Shown here one piece after another: positions 36,951 through 45,066 of a stretch of 64,000 nt of DNA; positions within the stretch are counted from its first letter, which is position 1, and every line of letters begins with the position of its first letter. Origin of the DNA: Eubacteriales bacterium (lineage in GTDB: Bacteria > Bacillota > Clostridia > Christensenellales > Aristaeellaceae). The notes under the pieces are model-generated. The model did not search any database. It was not told the DNA's origin and saw only the letters and a list, made by a program, of their open reading frames with translations. The stretch is from positions 21,767 through 85,766 of the forward strand of contig JAVBVF010000022.1 of assembly GCA_031554475.1 (NCBI GenBank), written 5' to 3'. Both the position numbers and the translations under genes were made by a program.

Positions 36951-37124
36951 TGTGCCGCCACCGTTGGCTTTTCGTTTTTGGCTGGCTATTTTTCCGCCGG
37001 ACTATGCCGCGCTTCGTTCAACGCAGCGGCCGGCTACGCGACGTTTCGGCTCCTTGCTTGGCGAAAACATCGCTCCACCACCATCTTAAAACCGAATGGC
37101 GTCAGAACACGAGGAGGTGCTGCC

Positions 37125-37532
37125 ATGCAAATCATTGAGTTATACTCTCTGCCTTTTGAGCCTTTTGGCGATCCTGCCATGGAACAGCGGGAGATCCGGC
37201 TGCCGTTTTCTCCGCAAACCACGGGGGGCGAGATCACCATTGTTTCTTGCAAACTTCCCCCTCATGGCATCTCGGAAGCCCATATCCATGAGGATTGCGA
37301 CGAGTACATCCTCTTTCCCCGGGAGGCGGAGGTCATGATCGACGGGAAAACCTATCCGGTGAAAGCGAACACCGTGGTTCGGGCCCAGCGGGGGGAAAGC
37401 CATGAATGCCGGAATCTTTCCGATGAGACCATGTACCTGTACTGCGTGTTTTCTCCTGCCCTTACGCCCTATGGGGCGTATCCCTCGCTGATTGCAAAGA
37501 CCAATGCGTACCTCCAAGAAAAGGGCGTGTGA
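37125..37532 (+). CDS. cupin-domain protein
   Basis: Within ORF 36978-37532; ATG 37125 follows GAGGAGG. PPHGISEAHIHEDCDEYILF is a cupin motif. Confidence 0.65.
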   Translation: MQIIELYSLPFEPFGDPAMEQREIRLPFSPQTTGGEITIVSCKLPPHGISEAHIHEDCDEYILFPREAEVMIDGKTYPVKANTVVRAQRGESHECRNLSDETMYLYCVFSPALTPYGAYPSLIAKTNAYLQEKGV

Positions 37533-37609
37533 TCGCTCCTCGGTCGGCTCTTCGGTTTTTTGCCTTTCGGTCTGGCACATCCCATGAAAAGTGAAAGATA
37601 TGAGGGTAA

Positions 37610-38542
37610 ATGGACATGAAGGAAAAAATCACAGTGTTCGGCAGCTTTGTGGTGGATCTCATGGGCAGAACGCCGCATCTTCCGGTGCCGGGCGAGACGG
37701 TGAAGGGAAGTTTCTTTAAACAGGGCCCAGGCGGAAAAGGCTTCAATCAGGGGATCGCGGCCCACAAGGCTGGCGGCGATGTGGCCCTGGTCACCAAGCT
37801 GGGGCGGGATTCCATGGCCAATGTGGCCCTGGATGCCATGGACGCTGTGGGGATGCCAAAGAATTTCTTGTTCTTCAATGAGACGGTGGCTACCGGCATT
37901 GCGCTCATCATCGTGGATGAGAACACCAGCCAAAACGAGATCGTCATCGTACCCGGAGCCTGCGCCACCATTACGCAGCAAGATATCGCATCCGTGGAGA
38001 ACCGCATCAAGGATTCCGCCTATGTGCTGCTCCAGTTGGAGGTCAACCAGGATGCCAATGAAAAGGTGGCCAAGTTGGCCAAGGAAAGCGGCGTGCGCGT
38101 GATTATCAACACCGCTCCCTATCAGCCGGTGAGCGACCCGTTCCTTTGCGGCGCGTATCTGGTGACGCCCAACGAGGTGGAAGCGGAAGAACTCACGGGC
38201 ATACGCGTATCCGACTTGCCAAGCGCGGATCTCGCGGCCCAAGTCTTTTTGGGCAAGGGCGTGCACAACGTGCTGATCACTTTGGGCAGTCAAGGCGTTT
38301 ACATCCATACGGAAGGCCATTCTGAGATCATCCCCGCCTATCAGGTGGACGCCATCGATACCACCGGCGCGGGCGATGCCTTCAATGGCGGCCTGGTGAC
38401 GGCCCTGGCTGAGGGCAAAAGCCTGCGTGAGGCTGCGCAATTCGCCAATGCGGTGGCGGCGATCTCCGTGCAGCGGATCGGCACAGCGCCAGCAATGCCC
38501 ACCAGGGAAGAAATTGACGCGTTTTTGAGGGAGCGTGACTAG
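37610..38542 (+). CDS. rbsK: ribokinase / PfkB-family sugar kinase
   Basis: GGKGFNQGIAA, the anion-hole motif TTGAGDAFNGG and AISVQRIGTAPAMP. Alternative ATG at 37616. Ends with TAG. Confidence 0.88.
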   Translation: MDMKEKITVFGSFVVDLMGRTPHLPVPGETVKGSFFKQGPGGKGFNQGIAAHKAGGDVALVTKLGRDSMANVALDAMDAVGMPKNFLFFNETVATGIALIIVDENTSQNEIVIVPGACATITQQDIASVENRIKDSAYVLLQLEVNQDANEKVAKLAKESGVRVIINTAPYQPVSDPFLCGAYLVTPNEVEAEELTGIRVSDLPSADLAAQVFLGKGVHNVLITLGSQGVYIHTEGHSEIIPAYQVDAIDTTGAGDAFNGGLVTALAEGKSLREAAQFANAVAAISVQRIGTAPAMPTREEIDAFLRERD

Positions 38543-38627
38543 TGAACTGCCGGCTCCCATGGAATCAACACCCCCCACAAAAGCACCGGCGCGGCATCCT
38601 TGCAAATTTTGATACCCTGATACCGAC

Positions 38628-38657
38628 AAACCGTCTGCAAAAGGACGGTTTTGTTGG
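38628..38657 (+). terminator. rho-independent terminator after the ribokinase gene
   Basis: AAACCGTC-N8-GACGGTTT followed by TGTTGG. Confidence 0.6.
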
Positions 38658-38797
38658 CTTGTCCCGCCCGCTGCGGGGAATGAGAAGGGGAGGACTGGTT
38701 TTCATTTGAGCATACCTTTGGTATACTGATCAATATTCCATCGGCAGACCCAGGGATCGCGCTTGCGGGAGAATGACAAAAGCGGAGGGAATCAGCT

Positions 38798-39445
38798 ATG
38801 GACAAGTATGTGTATGTAAAAGATTTGTGGGACTATCTTTACTTGGAGCATCCTCTTGCGCATGCGGACGGGATCATTGGGTTTGGCAGCCACGATCAAA
38901 CCATTGCCAGCCGCACCGCTGAACTGTACAAAGCGGGATGGGCGCCTTGGGTGTTGTTCACGGGATATTTGGGCAAAGGCACATTGGGGATTTTTGAAAA
39001 GCCCGAGGCAGAGCTTTATGCTGAAATTGCCATGAAAGAGGGGGTTCCGCCGGAAGCGATTTTGGTGGAAAATAAGGCCACCAATACAGGGGAGAATATT
39101 CAATTCGCCAAAGCGCTGTTGGAAAGCCGAGGCATGGCCCCAAAGAAAATCATCGTCGTCCACAAGCCCTATATGACCCGGCGGGTCTGGGCGGCTCTTC
39201 AAAAGCAGTGGCCGGAGGTAGAGGTCATTGTGGCCCCGGGAAATCCCGATCTTAACGCCTATGTGACAGGCATGCTTGCGGCCGGCGTGGAGGAAAAGGA
39301 GATCCTCAACAGCTTGGTGGGGGATTTTCAGCGCATGGATCAGTTTGCCAAATTGGGTTATCAAATTCCGCAAGAGATCCCTGCCCAGGCCATGGCGTCT
39401 TACGATGCGCTCATCAAGCTGGGATACGATCAATATGTGGTTTGA
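38798..39445 (+). CDS. DUF218 / YdcF-family protein
   Basis: 215 aa with GGAGGG RBS. GIIGFGSHD...TNTGENIQFAK...IIVVHKPYMTRR is typical of the YdcF/SanA/ElyC fold. Confidence 0.7.
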   Translation: MDKYVYVKDLWDYLYLEHPLAHADGIIGFGSHDQTIASRTAELYKAGWAPWVLFTGYLGKGTLGIFEKPEAELYAEIAMKEGVPPEAILVENKATNTGENIQFAKALLESRGMAPKKIIVVHKPYMTRRVWAALQKQWPEVEVIVAPGNPDLNAYVTGMLAAGVEEKEILNSLVGDFQRMDQFAKLGYQIPQEIPAQAMASYDALIKLGYDQYVV

Positions 39446-39502
39446 GGCTAATGCGCGTGTGTTGGGGGACGTGCGCCAAAAAACGGCTGTTACCCTTGCG
39501 AA

Positions 39503-40678
39503 CTATCTGTAAACTAGGTTTTGATTGCCGCAGAGCGGCTCCACGCCCTCTTTGGAGATCAGGTATCCATTCTCCGTGCGCGAGCCGAAAAACGGCGCGC
39601 CAAACAGCGGAATATCAATGGAGACCACCATTTGGTCCCGTAGCTTTTCAGGGCTGGAGGGCCCGAAGATAGGCGCTTCAAATTCGATGACCCCTACGCT
39701 GTGAATGCCCGAATACAAAAAATACTTTCCATACCCGTGGGCCGCCATGATATCGCGGCCCACTTTTTCCACTTCCCATCCGGTGATGCCGCAACGCAGG
39801 GCTTTGGCGCTTTCCTCATGGGCATGGATACCGGTTTGGATGGACTGTAAGGATTCCGCATCCACGTTCCCTAAAATCACCGTGCGGGCAATGGCGGCAT
39901 GGTACCCCAGCACCCGGGGCGTTACGGTGAGAATTACCACGTCGTTCCCGCTCAACTTCCGTGAGGAAGGCCTGGCCAGGATCGTGCGGGTATGTTCGCC
40001 GGAGGCTACCGCGTTGTCGATGCCAAGGCCATCGGCGCCGGCCTTGCGCATCACATATTCCATTTCCGCGGAGATGTCGCGTTCACAAACGTTTGGGCGG
40101 ATCATTTCGATGCCGGCGCTGATCCCCAGTTGCGCCACTTCATAGGCGCGCCGGATCAGCTTGATTTCACCCTCGCTTTTTTGTGCGCGAAGCAAGGTGA
40201 GAGAATAGTCCACATCCAAAAGCTGAGCGCCTGGAAAAAGGCCGGTGATACGCTCGTACAGCATTGCCCCCATGATCTCTTTTCCCGCAAGGCCAATGCG
40301 GCCTATTTTTTTTGCTGGGGCAGCGGAAAGGGCGATGTCCTTGAGCGAAAAGATCTCGATGGAAAGATAATCCTCATTGGGGTGGACAAACTCTTCCAGC
40401 GCGAAAATCTCCTGGATCCTGCTCACCAGCTGGGCATGCCCCACGGTTTCCGGACCGCAGAGAAATTTTGGCTTTAGCCCCCGCGCAAACAGCAAAAGCA
40501 CCGGCTCGAAGTGCGGGGGGAAATCGGCGAGCCACCTTGCATGGGCGGGGCCAAAGGTCTGCCGGTCATCCGCATAGGCCAGCAGGATATCCAGTTCCTG
40601 TTCTTCCATCAAATGTTCTACGCAGCGCCAGCGGCGGGCGAACTCATCATCGGGCAATCGAAGGGATTCATTCATCAT
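39503..40678 (-). CDS. M24-fold (Xaa-Pro peptidase/creatinase-like) protein, divergent active site
   Basis: 391 aa with GGGAGGAAG RBS. A creatinase-like N-terminal domain is followed by a pita-bread domain. By eye alignment the two canonical Asp metal ligands are replaced. Confidence 0.7.
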   Translation of the reverse strand: MMNESLRLPDDEFARRWRCVEHLMEEQELDILLAYADDRQTFGPAHARWLADFPPHFEPVLLLFARGLKPKFLCGPETVGHAQLVSRIQEIFALEEFVHPNEDYLSIEIFSLKDIALSAAPAKKIGRIGLAGKEIMGAMLYERITGLFPGAQLLDVDYSLTLLRAQKSEGEIKLIRRAYEVAQLGISAGIEMIRPNVCERDISAEMEYVMRKAGADGLGIDNAVASGEHTRTILARPSSRKLSGNDVVILTVTPRVLGYHAAIARTVILGNVDAESLQSIQTGIHAHEESAKALRCGITGWEVEKVGRDIMAAHGYGKYFLYSGIHSVGVIEFEAPIFGPSSPEKLRDQMVVSIDIPLFGAPFFGSRTENGYLISKEGVEPLCGNQNLVYR

Positions 40679-40786
40679 GAGGCTTCCTCCCAGGTTCTTC
40701 TATTGGATTTTTTTGGAGATTCTTGCAAAGTTGGTTCCACGTTTCCCTATTATACCATAAAAATTCCATAAAGCACAAAGAGAGCT

Positions 40787-40819
40787 CATGCTTTGCTTGG
40801 GTGTTCACGCTTTGCTTGG
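40787..40819 (+). repeat. 14-bp direct repeat CAYGCTTTGCTTGG x2 with 19-bp period, upstream of the Ig/GLUG gene
   Basis: Copies at 40787-40800 and 40806-40819, 13 of 14 identical. Confidence 0.5.
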
Positions 40820-40950
40820 TGTGGGCTTCTACGGCAGTGGGTAGACGGAATACCCTATGCAATCAACGGCGAGCCAAGTGGGCGCGCCAGCGCCACAGAA
40901 CCCCCAACGTTTGCTGGCATAGAATGCAATGTGAAAAGGAGGCGTCTCAC

Positions 40951-43900
40951 ATGCCGATAGGGAAGGGCAACCAACCAGTTTATGTATTCCACAGAAACCC
41001 CGTCCGCTGTACATCCGGCAGGCCGACTTCCGATCGTTTACCTTCAGCGCCATGGGTTTGCGAAAGATATCCTTTGAGAAACTCCGGTTGCGGCGCCAGC
41101 CCTTCGCGCGGATGCTGCCGCCCAAGTTGTTGCTGTAGTTGCCAAACCATTCAAATCACAGGGCCGCGCAACGGCGGCGCCGCTACGCCAGGGGATCCCA
41201 TCACGGGCAAAGGAACGCCTTTGTGCCAAGTGGAGCTGTATATCGACGGCGTGTTTGTGGGCTATGTACCCATCGATGCCAATGGCAACTGGATCTATCA
41301 GCCCGCCACGCCTTGGACTCCCGGGCGCCACTGCGTGCGGGCCATTTTGCGTTGCGCGAACGACACGGCCGCTCAGCCGCCAGAGGATACGTCTTGCTTT
41401 GAAGTGCCTGGCGAGCCTGAAATTGAGATCACGGGACCGGAGGATGGGGGAAGCGCCGATCCGGAGGATCCTGTGACGGGTACCGGTGAGCCTGGCTGCG
41501 AGGCCGAGCTTTATGTGGATGGCGTGCTGGTGGGCAGAGTGCCCATTGATGAAAACGGCAATTGGATTTATCAACCGCCAACGCCCTGGACCAACGGGCA
41601 GCACTGTGTGCGTGCGATTCTGCGCTGCCCTAACGACACGCGCCCCAACCCTCCTGAGGACAACACTTGCTTTGAGGTGCCTGGGGTCGTGATTGACGGC
41701 CCGACCAACGGCGGCGAGGCGGATCCTGGCGATCCGGTCATCGGTACCGGCGAACCCGGCTGCGAAGTGGAGCTGTTTATTGACGGCGTGTCCGTGGGCC
41801 GCGTGCCCGTAGACGCCAATGGCCATTGGATTTATCAGCCGCCCATTCCTTGGACCGGCGGGCCGCACTGCGTGGTGGCCGTGCTACGTTGCCCGGATTC
41901 CCCAAACCCCAACCCGCCCAGGGATACCTCCTGCTTTGATGTGGTGGTGCCGCCTTGCCGGATCCCGGATATCGATACGCCCCAGAATTTAGAGGTGGTG
42001 CCCACCAACCAGCCTTCCATTACGGGACGGGGAATCCCCAATTCCACGATCAGAGTCTGTTTGCAGGATGACCAGGGAGCGACGTTGTTTTGCCAAAACG
42101 CGCATGTGTTTGACGACGGCGAATGGGGCATCCAAGTGCCTTCTGTGTTGCCGGACGGCGCCTATACGGTGGTTGCCACCCAGCTGGGGATCAATTGCGT
42201 TCCCTCGGACGCGTTCCGCGCGTTTTCCGTCTTTACCGTGGACACCAGCTTTTTTGAGGTCAACCTGATTTCCCTCAAGCGGGGGGCGGTGTTCCGCACT
42301 GTGGATGTGGTCATGACCACCGACACCTTCGTGCCGCGCACGCTGGACATTTATTATGTGCTACTGGTTCCGGGCTTGCCCATCCCCACCGCCGCAGAGA
42401 TTGTGGCCTATAACGACGCTGGCGACCTGACCAATGGCGACGCGGTGCGGGGGCGGTTTACCGTGCCCCTGAATCCTGGCCCCACCACGTTGCCCTTTGC
42501 CCTGCAGGGCAAGGAAAACATCGCGGCATTGCCCTTGGAGACCGGCGTGATGGACGGCTTTAACTACGACATCTATGTGACGGTCTCCATCGATGGCGGA
42601 ACCAACGTAAGCGGCGTGATGTCACTGTTTGAATCGGCCATCGGCATGCCCTTCGCCTCCGGCAACGGAACGGCGGGCGATCCCTTTGTGGTGCGCATGT
42701 GTACTCCGGCGGAGATGGCATTCTATCCGGACCTGACCCAGGGCAACCCGGGCAACCGCGCGGGCGTTACCGAGAACGCGCGGATTCTGGATAATATCGA
42801 GGGGATGCAAGCGCTGTATGATCAAACGGCGGGTGTGCACGGTATGCCGGATAGCCTGGCGCTCATGTACAGCCTGGATAGCGCCTTTGATCTATCCAAC
42901 TACTCCGCGGCCTGGAACCAGAACGGCTGGCGGCCCATCGGCAATGTGGACGCAGGGTTGATTGCCCCGCCTCTTTCCGGCGCCCATGTGTTCACCGGCG
43001 TCATTCAAAGTGCGCCAGGCGGAACCACCATCAACAATCTGCCGATCAACGCCATCGCTACGGCATCGGATCCGGTATTGGTACGGGGGTTGTTCGGGCA
43101 GACGCAGAGCGTGACATTGTCGGGATTCACACTCACCAACGCGCTTGTGGATGCCTCGGTTACCGGTTCCACAAACGCCGCGCAAACCGGCAAAATCGGC
43201 TCTCTGGTGGGGTACGCCGTAGGTGGGCAAATCACGGATGTTTCGCTGAACGCCGCATCCGTCAGCGCGGGGCGGGCCACAACCGGCAGCAACATGATTG
43301 ATGTGGGCGGCCTGGTTGGCATTGCCCAGGGGCTTAGCAATATCAGAAACATCACCGCCAGCCTGATTAGCGCCACAGAGCTGACCGCCACCGCCACCGT
43401 CATGGGTGGGCTGATTGGCAGGCTGGACCAGTCAGGCATGAACACCCTGGTGCAAAACGTGCAGATGACCCAGGTCAGTGTGAACGCCTACCAGACCCTA
43501 GGCGGAGTGGTGGGGGAAATCGCCAATGGCGTCTCCCTGATGGATATAGTGGCCGTGGTGGGGGTTTCCCTTACCCATGGCGGTTTCCGCGTGGGCGGTA
43601 TTGCGGGGAATCTAACTGCGGACAGCGCCTCCGTCTTGCAAAACCTGACGGTTACCGGTATCCAGGTGGGGCCGGTGAATCCGCCCACCACCACCGGCTA
43701 CTGCGGCGGGCTGATCGGTCTGATTACGCAGACCGCGCCTTGTACCATCCGGGACTCCCAGGTGACCAGCGGCGCCATCAACTCTGGCGGGCGCGTGGGC
43801 GGCGCGTTTGGTTCGATGAGTGTTGGCGCGGCCGGATTCGTGATCCGCAACGTACGCACTGCCGCCGATACACTGCCCAACAACGGACCGGCGGGCGGCT

Positions 43901-44967
43901 TTATCGGCCGGATCGACGCCAACACTAGAATCGAGTCCGCATTGCTTGTGGATAACTGCCGTGTGACCGCCGCGTCGCTCACCGTTACCAGTTCCAACCC
44001 GTCAAGCGCCTTTGTGGGCGGGTTTGTGGGGCTGTTGTCGGCTGCCGCCGGGGCATCGGGCGCCACGACGATGGTGCTGTTCTTCGTAGATTGCTTTACC
44101 TCCGCCTTGACGTCGCACCCCGTGGGGATGAACACCGGCGGGTTTGTGGGCTCGGCATTGCTTTCCTATTATCTGCGCTGCCAAGCCACCGGCAATGTGG
44201 TTTCCTCCCAAAACGTTGGCGGATTCTGTGGAAACGGTTCAGGGAACACGGCCATTGCCGATCCCACCCAGGCTACCCTGCAATTTGTGCTGTGCCAAGC
44301 GCGTGGCGATGTGAGCGCCACCGACACCCGCGTCTTTGCCAATACCGCCACAGGCGGGTTCGCGGGCGCTGTTGCCTATGCGCTCATCGATCGCTGCTTC
44401 GCCAGCGGAAATGTAACCACCGCCGGCGATGATAACGTAGCTGGACTGGTTGGCCAAAGCGCAAACCGTCTCCTGATTCGAAACAGCTACGCCACTGGCG
44501 GAGCGACCAATACCAGCAGCACCGCAGGCGGGCTCATGGGTTCCGGCTCCGGTACGCGAGCGGAAAACTGTTATGCCACGGGTGTTGTTTCCACGGGCAA
44601 CGGCGCGGCAGGGCTTATCGCAAGCCTGGCCAACAATGGAAGCGATACGGGCCGACTGGCCACTTCCTTCGCGCTGAATCCCTCTGTGATCGCTACAAAC
44701 CCGGGAAGCCGTGCCCACCGCGTATGCGCCACGCTGGGCAGCGGCGCGCAGCTCGTATCCAACTATGCATTGGACACGATGATCCTGATGGCCGGCGGCG
44801 TACCAGTGATTCCGGTGGATGACCCCAATGGCCTGGATGGCCAGGGTATGAGCCAATCCAATCTGTCTGCCCTGATTTCCTCCTTGGGTTGGGATACGAT
44901 GATCGTATGGGATATCTCCACCATTGCGACGCTGGGCAGACCGACATTGTTCGGCAATCCGGAGTAA
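40951..44967 (+). CDS. 1338-aa protein: Cys-rich N-terminus, 3 tandem Ig-like repeats + a 4th Ig-like domain, central unknown region, C-terminal GLUG-motif repeat region
   Basis: Within ORF 40723-44967; ATG 40951 is 8 nt after AAAGGAGG. Repeats share the G-x-G-E-P-G-C-E-x-E-L-x-x-D-G...N-G-x-W-I-Y-Q-P pattern. There are more than 10 GG(L/F/I/V)(V/I/A)G motifs between residues about 700 and 1270. No signal peptide, TM segment, LPXTG or SLH motif seen. Confidence 0.8.
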   Translation: MPIGKGNQPVYVFHRNPVRCTSGRPTSDRLPSAPWVCERYPLRNSGCGASPSRGCCRPSCCCSCQTIQITGPRNGGAATPGDPITGKGTPLCQVELYIDGVFVGYVPIDANGNWIYQPATPWTPGRHCVRAILRCANDTAAQPPEDTSCFEVPGEPEIEITGPEDGGSADPEDPVTGTGEPGCEAELYVDGVLVGRVPIDENGNWIYQPPTPWTNGQHCVRAILRCPNDTRPNPPEDNTCFEVPGVVIDGPTNGGEADPGDPVIGTGEPGCEVELFIDGVSVGRVPVDANGHWIYQPPIPWTGGPHCVVAVLRCPDSPNPNPPRDTSCFDVVVPPCRIPDIDTPQNLEVVPTNQPSITGRGIPNSTIRVCLQDDQGATLFCQNAHVFDDGEWGIQVPSVLPDGAYTVVATQLGINCVPSDAFRAFSVFTVDTSFFEVNLISLKRGAVFRTVDVVMTTDTFVPRTLDIYYVLLVPGLPIPTAAEIVAYNDAGDLTNGDAVRGRFTVPLNPGPTTLPFALQGKENIAALPLETGVMDGFNYDIYVTVSIDGGTNVSGVMSLFESAIGMPFASGNGTAGDPFVVRMCTPAEMAFYPDLTQGNPGNRAGVTENARILDNIEGMQALYDQTAGVHGMPDSLALMYSLDSAFDLSNYSAAWNQNGWRPIGNVDAGLIAPPLSGAHVFTGVIQSAPGGTTINNLPINAIATASDPVLVRGLFGQTQSVTLSGFTLTNALVDASVTGSTNAAQTGKIGSLVGYAVGGQITDVSLNAASVSAGRATTGSNMIDVGGLVGIAQGLSNIRNITASLISATELTATATVMGGLIGRLDQSGMNTLVQNVQMTQVSVNAYQTLGGVVGEIANGVSLMDIVAVVGVSLTHGGFRVGGIAGNLTADSASVLQNLTVTGIQVGPVNPPTTTGYCGGLIGLITQTAPCTIRDSQVTSGAINSGGRVGGAFGSMSVGAAGFVIRNVRTAADTLPNNGPAGGFIGRIDANTRIESALLVDNCRVTAASLTVTSSNPSSAFVGGFVGLLSAAAGASGATTMVLFFVDCFTSALTSHPVGMNTGGFVGSALLSYYLRCQATGNVVSSQNVGGFCGNGSGNTAIADPTQATLQFVLCQARGDVSATDTRVFANTATGGFAGAVAYALIDRCFASGNVTTAGDDNVAGLVGQSANRLLIRNSYATGGATNTSSTAGGLMGSGSGTRAENCYATGVVSTGNGAAGLIASLANNGSDTGRLATSFALNPSVIATNPGSRAHRVCATLGSGAQLVSNYALDTMILMAGGVPVIPVDDPNGLDGQGMSQSNLSALISSLGWDTMIVWDISTIATLGRPTLFGNPE
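41149..41949 (+). repeat. three tandem in-frame coding repeats of about 264-273 nt (Ig-like modules, each with 4 conserved Cys)
   Basis: Protein segments ITGPRNGG...CFEVPG, ITGPEDGG...CFEVPG and IDGPTNGG...CFDVV are colinear with identical Cys spacing. Confidence 0.85.
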
Positions 44968-44985
44968 GCGCGTCGAAATGAATTT

Positions 44986-45040
44986 GCCTCCAAGTCACCG
45001 GGCCGTCCAAAAAGACGGCCTGGAGGCTTGGAGGCGTTTT
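44986..45040 (+). terminator. compound rho-independent terminator after the Ig/GLUG gene
   Basis: Outer stem GCCTCCAAG/CTTGGAGGC encloses inner stem GGCCGTC/GACGGCC, followed by GTTTTGG. Confidence 0.7.
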
Positions 45041-45066
45041 GGCGTTCATCCGGAAAGGGAAAACGA

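Noticed and set aside
39446-39502. Possible terminator hairpin between the convergent DUF218 and M24 genes
   Set aside because: The GC-rich segments (gcgcgtg ... cgtgcgc) are not reverse complements of each other, so no stable stem could be drawn.
40918-40926. CATAGAATG upstream of the Ig/GLUG gene, considered as a sporulation sigma-K/sigma-E type -10 element
   Set aside because: It does not fit the CATA-N3-TA pattern well, and there is no suitably spaced AC or ATA -35 element. It is too weak to claim sporulation control.
40723-40950. N-terminal extension of the giant ORF (TTG at 40723) that would add 76 residues
   Set aside because: There is no RBS at 40723. The extension runs through the AT-rich promoter-like region, whereas ATG 40951 has a near-perfect AAAGGAGG at 8 nt.
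41149-41949. Periodic, about 270-nt repeats considered as a CRISPR-like or mobile repeat array
   Set aside because: The repeats are in-frame, contiguous without spacers, and encode colinear Ig-like protein modules, so this is a coding tandem duplication.
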